Assembly: GCF_963921235.1 (NCBI RefSeq)
Contig: NC_086118.1
Span: forward strand, 22,384,001-22,448,000
Source: Mobula hypostoma
Taxonomy: Eukaryota
DNA: 64,000 bases
Direction: 5' to 3'
In this document: piece by piece, positions 10,660 through 22,440 of the stretch
Position numbering within the stretch: position 1 is the stretch's first letter
Layout of the letters: every line of letters begins with the position of its first letter
Program-made: the position numbers and the translations under genes
Notes under the pieces: generated by a model
Told to the model about the DNA's origin: nothing
What the model saw: only the letters and a program-made list of their open reading frames with translations
Databases searched by the model: none

Positions 10660-13632
10660 GCATTTTAAAGCAAGCTTTTGAGGAATGACGTTTACTACTT
10701 GATTGCACTTGTGTAAGTAATCAGATTGTGTTAAACTGCTACAGGATCCTATAATGCTTTGGATTGTTTCTGGTTTTTCACACCATTTTCTACATTCATC
10801 ATCTTAAATTTGTTAGTCTTTTATTGTGTATTTTTGATCATTCTTTTGTGTTAACCACCTGGTCCTGTATTGCCTCAGGATTTCTGGGACGAGGTCTCCA
10901 ACTCTGAGCCAGGCGTTTGACACTTCTTTGTCAATATCTAGTCTGCTCAGGTATTCCATGGAGGGTCATGCTTTTCCATTGTTATTTTCTTCAATAGTCA
11001 TAATGCCTTCACTTTTCTGGGTTGTGCTCTCATTTAAGTTTAGAGGTGTATACTTCCTATCAGAATTGCATATGCTTGTGTGAAGTGCTGATTCCTGTTT
11101 TCATTGATGAAAGTATATCCTTAGAAGTTTTATCTGGTTGCTGTGTAGAGTTTTAAAGTCTGCTATTCCTCTTCCCCCTTGGTAGTGTTAATGTAAGCGC
11201 ATTCAAACGTACTTAATGTTTTCTGAAGTTTGTCATTTCAGTTCTACTTTTCTTTGTAACTTTTCCAGATCGGTTTCAGACCAAGCTATTATGCCAAAAG
11301 AATAGATTAATATGGGTATAGCAGAGGTGTTCACTGCCTTTGTTATGTTTTTACCGTTGAGCTCTGTTTGGCAGATTTTCTTGAACCTTGAAGAAAATTC
11401 TGTCAAAAGTTTTCCCTTTATTGCACTATGATCTATTTTCTTCCCTTGTTGATTTCCCAGGTACTTATGTTTCATATCCATTCACTGGTTGCATTGTATC
11501 CTGCTGCTCTGTTTTGTATTCTATTAGCTCTATTGCACCTTTCTTTATGTTTAAAGTTCTGCATTTATCCAGTCCAAAGTTCAAGTGTACATCTTTCAAA
11601 AATAGTTCAACTATTTAAATTAATTGCTTTAGATTAACTGATGAAGGAGTACATAATTTCAAATCATCCACATATAAAAGATATGTCAAGGTATGGCTCA
11701 ATTTGTTGTTTCTAACTTGACACCCATTTTTTATCCAATTCAGCAAATTAGGGAGTGGATTTAAAACTAGACAGAACTATAGTGGGGTCACCTTGAAAAA
11801 TGCCTCAGTTTATTTTGATAACGGTCGTTGTTCGATTTTGGTTGTTAATAGATAGGGTTATTACATTACACCAACCTTCATCAGATGTTGCAGGAGTTCC
11901 TCAAGTACTGGGTGTAGTTTATGTATATTAAAACCATCTATTAACCATGAGTGTGGGACTGAATCAAATGCCTTTTGGTAGTCAATATAGCAACATGAAA
12001 GATTACTGCTTTTCCGCTGGGCTTGATTTAGAATTATGGAATCTATTATCAATGGTCCTTTACATCCTTTCATACCCTTATAGCATCCATTCTGCCCTTC
12101 TGTAAGTATATTGTGGTTATCTAAGTGAGTGGTGATTGGTTGTGAGATGCATGATGTTACAATTTTATATATAGTTAGTAAACAAGTAGTGGGACGATAT
12201 TTCCATGGATCTTTTGTAATTTCCACTTTAGGTTAAAGGTATGTTTTATCTTCTGTCAAAAATTCAAGCACTTTTTCAGGATTTGAAAGAAAATTGTTAA
12301 TATGCATAAAATAGATACGAATGAAGGCAGGTAAATTTTTATACCAATAATTATGAACATTATCACTTCCAGTTGTGGGTATCTTTTTATAACATCTTTT
12401 AGCATACCCATTGCAATTTCAGGTATTTCTATTTTTTCAATCGTGCGTGTACATTCTTTTCCTCCCTAATCTAGATTGCTCTTGACTGTGTGTCACCCTG
12501 TTTGACCAGATATTGGACCAAATGTTCATTATCTCTGTGCTTGTTGGTAATCCTGTGCTGGGGTAAGTGACATTTTGGTACGTCGAATTTAGCTTCAATA
12601 TCCTACATAAACCTTTTTCATTGTTTCTGTTTCCTTTGTCTGGTGAATTTCATTTATCTGTTTAGTCTTGCTTTGTATGCACCAAGCTTTTGTTTTAGTG
12701 TGTCTATAACCTTTACCATCTTTTTGTTAGACTGATTATATTGTATGGACCTTGTATTTCCTTTGTATCTCCTTAGCTTTTCTCTTAACTTTCTTGTTTG
12801 GATTTTCCATTTTATACTCTATTAGGTGGGCTATTTCTGCTCTTAAGGTAACAATTTTGAATTTTTATCTCTTCTGTCATTTTGGTGTTCCCATTCATTA
12901 CTCAGTTTTGAGTTTCTTTTAATGAGTGCCTCTATTTTGGAGCCATTGCACTTCACTGCTGTTAATGCTTCACAATATGTTAATGTGTGTAGTTCTTCAG
13001 ATGTTTAAACATTTCCTAAAGATTGTGGTAATATAATATTGTTGAGAGTATTAACAATTTTTGCAAAGTTTGATGATGTAATTTTTTTTGGTATGCATAG
13101 ATCTTTTTGTTGGCTCGATGCCCATATATTCTGTTAGTATGGTGTTAAATATTAGGATGAATTTGTGTGTAAGCTCAGCTTCATCATCAACATTCTGCAA
13201 AGGCTCTGGAAATGTATTGTTGCTGTTGACGTCCGGTTGTGAAGCAGTTGAAATGATCGCATTTTCATCAGTGCTTGGGTGGGTTGCAGCTTCATTATTC
13301 TCTTGTGTAGTATTGTCGTCGTCTTTAGGTTGGTTTCTCTCCAGCTCTTGTGCAACTTCAGGTATTATTTGGTTTAATATGTCTATAGAGATAAAGTTAT
13401 TCTTTTACTAACATTCTGCATTAATCTGTTATTCGTTGTGCATTTACTTGCATGGAGGGATATTGTGCTATAAATTGTTGATGAAGTTTGTCCCTGTACC
13501 CTGTCATATCAGTCTCAAGTTCTGTTACTCAGCTGGAGACACACATTATAAATGCGTTCACTTCTAATGACCATTTCATGCATGCTTTTCTTCTCTTAAC
13601 CTGCTTGAGTGATCTCAGTTGTAAGTGGCTGT
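10660..13632 (-). mobile_element. R4/Dong-like (RLE-clade) non-LTR retrotransposon body, decayed
   Basis: N-terminal MKWSLEVNAFIM (~13550-13590); RT motifs YRPTTCLLTIYKI, GCKGPLIID, YIDYQKAFDSVPHSWL (11861-12226), GIFQGD (~11785-11805), YLLYVDDLKL (~11655-11690); YKYLG-like motif; CCHC-like CRKWCEKPETIQSIIGSC (~10740-10800). Confidence 0.85.
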
Positions 13633-13950
13633 CATTATTGTTTTTATTTTTTTTCTCAGCTCAATCTGGTAAAACCTGGGGTACAGGCATAGTCAAGCAC
13701 GCTCATTTGTCAATTGCTACAATCTTTTGGACAATTCTGGTGGTGTTTAGCATTGTGGCTTTTTGAAGATTTACATAGAGATTACTATGTAGCCCTAATC
13801 GTTTAATACTATTGTGTGGTGCCTTTGGAATGACACCAGCTACAGACATTACTTTTAAGACAATATATATCTTGTTCATGTTGCACCGTCTTTAGGAGTT
13901 GAGCATTCATTCGCCTATTTTAATGTTGTTATGGACTAGATACTGGATGT
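13633..13950 (-). mobile_element. R4/Dong-like 3' end (RLE C-terminus, 3' UTR, A/TAA-rich tail)
   Basis: Minus frame IVLKVMSVAGVIPK...NLQKATMLNTTRIVQKIVAIDK* (stop 13703-13705), then ~50 nt UTR and AAAAAAAATAAAAACAATAATG tail (13633-13654). Confidence 0.75.
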
Positions 13951-15685
13951 ACATGTTGAACTGATTCCTTAATGATATCAAAGAACAAACATAGCAAAAG
14001 ATTCAGGTGCATAATTTCTTGAAAGTGCTATAGATGTGATCAACAATAAAATATGGCCAACAAAATCATGAATTTTATAAATGAAGGCATGGTGTGAAAA
14101 TGCAAAATAAACATGATTAATTTGCACAAGGTAACACTCAGGTTTAGGATACAAAGAGGTGAATAAACATATTTTGGAGGTTCCTTTGTAAAAAGAACAA
14201 TGGAGTCATTAAAATGCGCAACATATACAGTACCACGGATGTCAAATAATAATCTTGTGAAGACAGCTAAAATATCATTGCTACTGGCACTTAAGATACT
14301 TAACAATAGTTTTAGAGTATGTTTGTGTGTTTGAGGAAGGCATTTCCTTTAATGGGAATTCAGAATGTAGTTAATATTAATGGCAGAGACAGAGAGAGCA
14401 GGGGGTGGGGGTCGGAGCCTCGGGAGAAGTATCTTAGCACAAATCACTTGACAATGTTATTCTTCGCCAATGGGACGTGGAGATGGAAGAAAATTTGCTG
14501 AGAAAAGGAGGAAGAGGGAAACTTGACAAGCTGTCATATATTGCTTTAGGAATGGATGAGTCTCAAACACAAACTCCTTGTTGAAGGCAGAAAGATACAG
14601 CTGCAACAGGTAAATGCCACTGTCCAAAACAAATAGTAAATAACAATACAACACATATTTCATTAAAGATTGAATTCTGTATAAAGACTCTAATCTATCT
14701 TACACATTTGATTTTTGGTTAAGAAAGTTTGTTCATTTGAAGCATCTTAAATATATTTCCTAATAAATAAAACGTTTTTACAAATGACAGTGATTATATC
14801 CTCCAACTTAAGTTTTCACAAATGCTTTCTGGTCAATATAGGTTGTTAAATTATAATTTTGTGGTATTTTATTTTGCACATATTTAACAACTGTGATTTG
14901 TGCTATTTGGCTTTATTAGAACTTGTACTTTGAGATGTATTTATATACTTGAGCATTTTACTTTGGACAAACCATTCATGTCTTCTTGTCTTGATGCCTG
15001 TTGAAGTGTTGTTCCAGAATGCTTGTTTAAGATAAATACAAGTTAAGTTGTGCAAAAATGGAATTGGAAAGGAGAAAGTTAACGGTACTGAATAAGAGAA
15101 ATATTTTGAAAGTAACTATCGCCGTGCACCTCCAGTACTTCAACTCGTTATGCTGTCTTGATGATCATTGGTACGTTAGTGTGTTTGTTGTAAAGCAATC
15201 ATATCATATTCAGAAGTCAGTCAAACATGGACATGAATAAAATGTTTGAATGTGTGCTTAGTAGGTTGTAATAAAATAAAATTAATTATGCCTTCTACCA
15301 AGGAAAGGAAATAATGTCATTTCTATTGTGCTGAGGTGTCCGGAAACCTGTTCTCTCTATGACAGTTTCCCACAGAGCAGAAACTTCAGCAAACCAATAT
15401 TAAACCTCAAAATGTATGCTCAGCAACCTCCAATGCCCACAAAAATGCGGAAAGGTCAATTTTCATTTTAAATCCATCCTGCAAGTTTCCTAAATCAATT
15501 ATCCTGAAAACCGCAGAGAGGTTAATTTATCCTGGAGCACCCTTGTAATTCAGTTTACATAGTATATTAATCCTAAAGTGTATTCATTTTGCAATAACTC
15601 CCTCTTCATCTTCCCTTACTCTTTCACGTGATGTAACAACTGTATTAGGTCCAAGGTTTCAAACACTGATGACTAGCTTTTACAT

Positions 15686-15905
15686 ACGCAAACACGAAGA
15701 AATCTGCAGATGCTGGAATTTCAAGCAACACACATAAAAATTGCAGGTGAACGCAGCAGGCCAGGCGGCATCTATAGGAAGAATTACAGTTGACGTTTCA
15801 GGCCGAGACCCTTCGTCAGGACTAACTGAAAGAAGAGATAGTAAGAGATTTGAAAGAGGTGGTAAGAGATTTCAAATCTTTTACTATCTCTTCTTTCAGT
15901 TAGTT
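15686..15905 (-). mobile_element. Short Penelope-like terminal insertion with fold-back end
   Basis: Matches the PLE 3' end. Inverted arms 15821-15855 and 15870-15904. Flanked by TAGCTTTTACAT (15674-15685) and TAGTTTTTACAT (15901-15912). Confidence 0.85.
15788..15823 (-). ncRNA. Minimal type I hammerhead ribozyme motif (PLE-associated), core intact
   Basis: Minus strand AGTC-CTGACGA-AGG GTCTCGG CCT-GAAAC-GTC-AACT. Core boxes intact; one mismatch in stem I next to the cleavage site. Confidence 0.65.
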
Positions 15906-17554
15906 TTTACATTTCTCCTTCTGAGTAACTGCTGCCTGCATATTTATTAAACCATCATATTCATCCTTCCTTCCACTTTTTATTTGCTTGTGTTGCCTTC
16001 TCCCACTTTTCCTCCCTCTCCCTCTCTCCATCTCTCTCTCTATCCTACAATCTGATTTCCATCATTGTTTCTTTTAGTGAGCTTGCTTGATGAAGTAAGA
16101 AGTCACCCCTTCCCATGGTGATGCACAGGACCCAGTCCCAGGTGCTTGCTATTTAACTGACACACAACATGAACACTGAATCTTAATCAACTGAAAAGAG
16201 ATGAATTGTTCAGGAACTGAGAATAAGGCTGCTGACATCCTCCTGAATAAGATGGAACTATAATTGTCCTAGCAAGTGCATAAAGGGGCACTGGCTGATT
16301 GGATTGTCTGCATAAAGATAAATATCTAGCTGGAGAACTCCAGTACAGAACAGCCCTTATGGGGGTAAGAGCATAAATTCCTTTAGTCAGTCTTCATCAA
16401 CTGTGTGTTCAGGGTGTGATGCCATTGTAATTCCCGAGCTCACATGGGAAAACCGTTGTGCCACTTGCATGCTGTCTAACCCTCCACTAATTTCTGGAAA
16501 GAGCACTATCCTATTAAATCAAGGTATCTATCACCCTTACAAGTGTACTAGATGAGAATGAGAAGAAGGTTAATTAAACCCGTTTCCTTAAATACAGGAC
16601 GTCAGTGATGTCACTAAGTAGCACTGCATCCTAGGATCATGTCCACAATAACCTCCTCCACTTCAGGGGGAACAAGCCAGACTGTGGGGCATGGCTGTAA
16701 CTCTGTCTTCAGAAGGAGACAGATCCCTGCCATGTGTGGCTTACAGAGCTTCTGAAAACAACATTCTTTAGAGAGCTGGAACTGAGAGCTTCTCTAACTA
16801 TGAACTGTTGGGAAGGTTCTTCTGCCTGAGCCCGTCTGCTTCTCAGCCAAAGGTCTTCAATGTGAAACATTATTACTATCTTCAGAGATGCTGATAAGAA
16901 TATTTCTGTGGATTTCTAGAATTTTCTATTTTGATTTCAGATTTCCAGCATTTGCAGAGTTGTGAGTCCAAACTGCTCCACGTCATTTGCCACCTTCTGG
17001 CAGGCTTAACACGGTTTCAAACACAGGATCCCTGCTAATTCAGCAGTTCTCTGAATTCAGTGAGCTTTCCTTGCTTGTCATAAGCTGTTTCCAGATGCAA
17101 CCATCTAATATTTAAGTGTGCAGGGCTGCCACAAGTCTAAAGAAGGAGCTAATGGTTAACAATCCCCTTAAATAGCAGAGGTGAAGCCCATAAACCTGTT
17201 AGGGACCAGTCTGGAGTTATGACATTATGGATACAATAATTATAGATTAACTAAAATGAGAACCTGTTTTCATGAAATAAAGCTTGTACACAATTTAACT
17301 TCCAACTGATACTCTGTGGCTAGTGAAACCAATCATTGGGTTTGGGACATTCTGATTCTGTCCCATCGAAAGTATACAGGGCAAGAAAACAGATGAATGT
17401 TGTTGCTATTAGCACATTGTTCAAGGTGTATATCAGCCACTGGTGCCACAGTTCAGGACAGATTACCTTCTGGTTAGTTGTATACTTATGGAACTATAGT
17501 TTGAGTGTCTGAAGTTGTAATGAAATTGGAACAGGCACCAGTATTAATTATTCA

Positions 17555-17715
17555 AGGACTTCCACTACCCACCTTCCCATTCACCTGGTGTCATCCAACA
17601 TCTGCCAGCTTCTACTCCTTCCCCTTCCACCAACTTCTCATTCTGCCTTCTTTTCTCTTCCTTTCCAGACATGATGAAGGGTCTCAGCCCAAAATGTCAA
17701 CTGTTTATTCTCCTC
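17555..17715 (+). mobile_element. Older Penelope terminal fragment, left half (right half 22116-22170), split by the Gypsy insertion
   Basis: Degenerate hammerhead ATGATGAAGGGTCTCAGCCCAAAATGTCAACTG (17671-17703). Sequence resumes as CCATAGAAGCTGCCTGATTTGCTGAGTTCCTCCAGCAC after 22115. Confidence 0.75.
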
Positions 17716-20700
17716 TGTAATATATGGATCTATTTCTTTTAGAGCAATGATCCCTCTTAGCACTACACAGTGAGAGTTAAACAGCACGAGAAAGCCATCA
17801 CAGACACTAACAGAGGTATGAGTAGACAATGAAAGATGGCTGAATGTAAAGTGAAACTAATGTGGCAATGGCTTCAGTTGGGAAAGTTGATGGATTTAAT
17901 AGTGCTAATGAAGGCTGCGGGTCAGATATCAAGAGGGGGGAACTGTATTGTAAAGCTGAGAACGTGGAGGAGCAAAAGAAACCCCTACACAACTTAATGG
18001 GTGCAAGAATGTATAGTCACTTATGCAACTTTGTAACCCCTACATAACCAGCAAAACATTCGATGAAATTGTTATAATTTTACAAAATCACTTGAGCCCT
18101 AAACTGCTGCTAAAAGCTGAGGGATCTAGATTTTACTAAGGGAACTAGTCAAAGGATGAAAGCATTTCTAAATACATTGCAATACTAAGCAAACTTTCCC
18201 AGTACTGTGACTTTAGAGTTTGACTTTCGGATGCATTAAGGGACAGGCTTGCATGTAGTATGCATAGTAAAAAGGCTCAAGAGAGGCTACTGTCAGAAAG
18301 ACACCTGACCTTAGAAAGGGCATTGACCATTGCAGTATCATGAAAGGCTGCAGCAAAGGATGCAGCAGAACCACAGAAAAGGATGTTAGAATGTGAAATA
18401 CACAATGTGTTCCTGAATGGTGCAAAAAGCCAAAGATGTTATCAATGTGGCAAATCCCCTCATGATGCAAATGACTGTTAGTTCATGGAAAATAATCTGC
18501 AGAAAATGTCACAGACAAGGTCATATAGAGAGAATGTGCAAGGCAGACAAAAGCAAAGCCGACTGCAAAGTCTCAATCACAAAACTAAGCAAATACATAA
18601 CGTTACCGAATGTAAAACAGAATCAGACAACATAGAGTCTGACAAAGGTGAACTATCATGCCTAGAACTGTATAATTCCAGAGGCTGACCACAGTAGACT
18701 ATTCTCTAAGATATCATTAGAGAAGACCGCAGTGAAGCTAAAGACTTACGCAGGCAAAAAAAAGTGTCTCCCAAAGGTAAACTGAAAGTAACTGTGGCAT
18801 ATGGAGGCCAAACATAGCAGTTCGAGCTTAATTTATTGAAAAGTGGAGGGCCAATGATTTTTGGACATGAATGGTTGAGAAAAATCCAAATAGACTGGCA
18901 CACAATCAAAGCTTTCAGTGTGACATCAGCAGGGAATGGCAGCTCAAATGGTAGTACTAACCAGAGACCAGGCACAGCTTCTTAATGCTAATCAGAAGGT
19001 GTTTGAGAAGGGAACAGATAAACAGACCAAAGTCTTGGCCAAAAGCTGTTCAGGATGCCAAAAATTTCAAAATGCATCCAAAAAGGCAGCATTACACGCG
19101 GGGGAGAGGCCATCTTCACCATGGTAAAGAGTACATATTAACTTTGCTAGGCCAATCGTGGACTCCATGTTTCTGGTTACTGTCAATCCTCATTCAAACA
19201 TAGAACATAGAATATAGAATACTACAGCACAGTACAGGCCCTTCGGCCCACAATGTTGTGCCAACCCTCAAACTCTGCCTCCCATATAAGCCCCCAACTT
19301 AAATTCCTCCATATACCTGTCCAGTAGTCTCTTAAACTTCACTAGTGTATTTGCCTCCACCACTGACTCAGGCAGTGCATTCCATGCACCAACCACTCTC
19401 TGAGTAAAAAAACCTTCCTCTAATATCCCCCTTGAACTTCCCACCCCTTACCTTAAAGCCATGTCCTCTTGTATTGAGCAGTGGTGCCCTGGGGAAGAGG
19501 TGCTGGCTATCCACTCTATCTATTCCTCTTATTATCTTGTACACCTCTATCATGTCTCCTCTCATCCTCCTTCTCACCAAAGAGTAAAACCCTAGCACCC
19601 TTAATCTCTGATTATAATGCATACTCTCTAAACCAGGCAACATTCTGGTAAATTTCCTCTGTACCCTTTCCAATGCTTCCTCATCCTTCCTATAGTGAGG
19701 CGACCAGAACTGGACACAGTACTCTAAGTGTGGCTGAACCAGAGTTTTATAGGGCTGCATCATTACATCATGACTCTTAAACTCTATCCCTCGACTTATG
19801 AAAGCTAACACCCCATAGGCTTTCTTAGCTACCCTATCCAACTGTGAGGCAACTTTCAGGGATCTGTGGACATGTACCCCCAGATCCCTCTGCTCCTCCA
19901 CACTACCAAGTATCCTGCCATTTACTTTGTACTCTGCCTTGGAGTTTGTCCTTCCAAAGTGTACCACCTCACACTTCTCCGGGTTGAACTCCATCTGCCA
20001 CTTCTCAACCCACTTCTGCATCCTATCAATGTCTGTCTGCAATCTTTGACAATCCTCTACACTATCTACAACACCACCACCCTTGTGTCATCTGCAACTC
20101 ACCCTTCTACCCCAACATCCAGGTCATTAATAAAAATGACGAAAAGTAGAGGTCCCAGAACAGATCCTTGTGGGACACCACTCGTCACAATCCTCCAATC
20201 TGAATGTACTCCCTCCACCACGACCTTCTGCCTTCTGCAGGCAAGCCAATTCTGAATCCACCTGGCCAAATTTCCCTGGATCCCATGCATTCTGACTTTC
20301 TGAATAAGCCTACCGTGTGGAACCTTGTCAAATTCCTTACTAAAATCCATATCGATCACATCCACTGCACTGCCCTCATCTATATGCCTGGTCACCTCCT
20401 CAAAGAACACTATCAGGCTTGTTAGACACGATCTGCCCTTCACAAAGCCATGCTGACTGTCCCTGATCAGACCACGATTCTCTAAATGCCCATAGATCCT
20501 ATCTCTAAGAATATTTTCCAACAGCTTTCCCACCGCAGACATAAGGCTCACTGGTCTATAATTACCCGGACTATCCCTACTACCTTTTTTTGAACAAAGG
20601 GACAACATTCGTCTCTCTCCAATGCTCCAGTACCATTCCTATGGACAACGAGGATATAAAGATCCTAGCCAGAGGCTCAGCAATCTCTTCTCTTGTCTCG

Positions 20701-22115
20701 TGGAGCAGCCTGGGGAATATTCCTCCAGGCCCTGGGGACTTATCCGTACTAATGTATTTTAACAACTCCAACACCTCCTCTCCCTTAATATCAACATGCT
20801 CCAGAACATCAACCTCACTCATATTGTCCTCATCATCATCAAGTTCCCTCTCATTGGTGAATACCGAAGAGAAGTATTCATTGAGGACCTTGCTCACTTC
20901 CACAGCTTCCAGGCACATCTTCCCACCTTTATCTCTAATGGGTCCTACCTTCAAAGTGGCCAGAGGTTACACCAATGAAGTTAACCACCTCAGCAAAGGC
21001 TGTCTCTGCCCTGAGGATTATCGTTGCCAGAGAAGGCATACCAGAACAAATTGTGAGTGACAATGGACCTCAATACACATCAGAAGAATTCCAACTGTTC
21101 ATGAAGTAAAATGGCATCAAACATTTCAAGTCAGTGCCTGACAACCCAGAAACAAGTGGGTTAGCTGAAAGGTTTATCCAAACCTTAAGAAGTCCATTAC
21201 AGCGATGGAAAAGGAGGACATTTCTCTACAGCACAAAGTAGAAAATTTTTTTGTGTATTGGGACTCTCTGTTTATGCAATGACAAATCAAACAGCTGCAA
21301 TCTGTGATCTCGCTTAGACCTCCTGAAACCATATCCACAGAGAGGAGTGCAGAATAAACAATTCAGCCAATTGCCAAGTGAAGCAGCAAAGAGCTTCGAG
21401 ATTGTGCAAGAAGTCCTAGTGTGTGATTACCGAGAAGACAAGTGGCCACCCAGCAGGATAGCTACAAGAACTTGATCACTTTTATACACAGTGGAATGTT
21501 GGAGATCAAACATGGAGATGTCACGTGGACCAGATACTGAAAGCTCAGCTGAAGAACATACCCAAGTCGATTGCATCCAACAAGATGGACACACTGCAGT
21601 CAATGGACCTTCCTCTCAGTGATAATGTCACTGACAGCAACATGGCACTGAAAACTGTGAATGATGTCTTAGACAAGACACCTATCAAACCTATGATTCT
21701 CTTCCATAAGTCCAGAAGCACGACGAGAACGCTATCTATGATACGTTACCTGCCAAACCTGACGCCACTCCACAGGTCCAGAGGCGTTATCCTGAAAGAA
21801 ACAGAGTGCCACCCAGAAGACTGAACCTTTAGGACTGTAGAGTTAGTTATCGACTGTTATTGTGAAGCATGATTATTTGGAAAATGGGTTTATGAAAATG
21901 AAATTGAATGTTTTGTACCTATACAATTTTATGTTGCATTATTCTAAAGGGGGAAGAAAGTGTGATGTCTGGATCTATTTCTTTAAGAGCAATAACACCA
22001 CTCCCCCCCAGCACTATGCATGGATTGTTGTCTACACATGCGTGTTAATCTGTTGTCTACACATGTGCTGTTTTCTATGCATGTGCATTGATTGATATGG
22101 AGTTGCAAAAACACA
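17716..22115 (+). mobile_element. Ty3/Gypsy LTR retrotransposon (Mag-like), decayed, lacking RT/RNase H
   Basis: Partial LTRs start TGTAATATATGGATCTATTTCTTT (17716) and TGTGATGTCTGGATCTATTTCTTT (21961); PPT AAAGGGGGAAGAAAG 21946-21960; gag start MASVGKVDGF; two Cys knuckles (CYQCGK, CRKCHRQGHIERMC); protease-region IFGHEWL; integrase HSKWPEV, SDNGPQ, GLAERF. Confidence 0.88.
19199..20949 (-). mobile_element. 5'-truncated CR1 LINE inserted in the Gypsy integrase
   Basis: ORFs 20580-20954, 20099-20608 and 19368-20042 carry CR1 RT and C-terminal motifs. Tail at ~19199-19220. TTCAAA duplicated at 19193-19198 and 20950-20955. Confidence 0.95.
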
Positions 22116-22296
22116 ACTCCCTCCATAGAAGCTGCCTGATTTGCTGAGTTCCTCCAGCACTTTGTGTGTCCAGCTCTATTTTTCTCAGTTACTGTGTCCA
22201 TGGGGCTCAGTTTTAGTCAGTCACAGCAAAGCTTACTGTAAAATCCTACTCTTCTGTGCTTGTCTGATGTTGCCTATTTGTGACACAGAGTCACAA

Positions 22297-22440
22297 ACAA
22301 GAGAAAATCTGCAGATGCTGGAAATCCGAGTAACACACACAAAGTGCTGGAGGAACTCAGCAGCCCAGGCGGCATCTATGGGAAAAAGTATATAGATGCT
22401 GCCTGGCCTGCTGAGTTCCTTCAACATTTGTGTGTGTTGC
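22297..22440. mobile_element. Penelope terminal fragment forming a ~50-bp-arm palindrome
   Basis: Arm 22330-22379 is the imperfect reverse complement of 22392-22440; 12-nt spacer. Confidence 0.85.

Noticed and set aside
10298..10660. Solo LTR (TG start, AATAAA near 10631) interrupted by the R4-like element
   Set aside because: No convincing CA end, TSD or second copy in the window; left unannotated.
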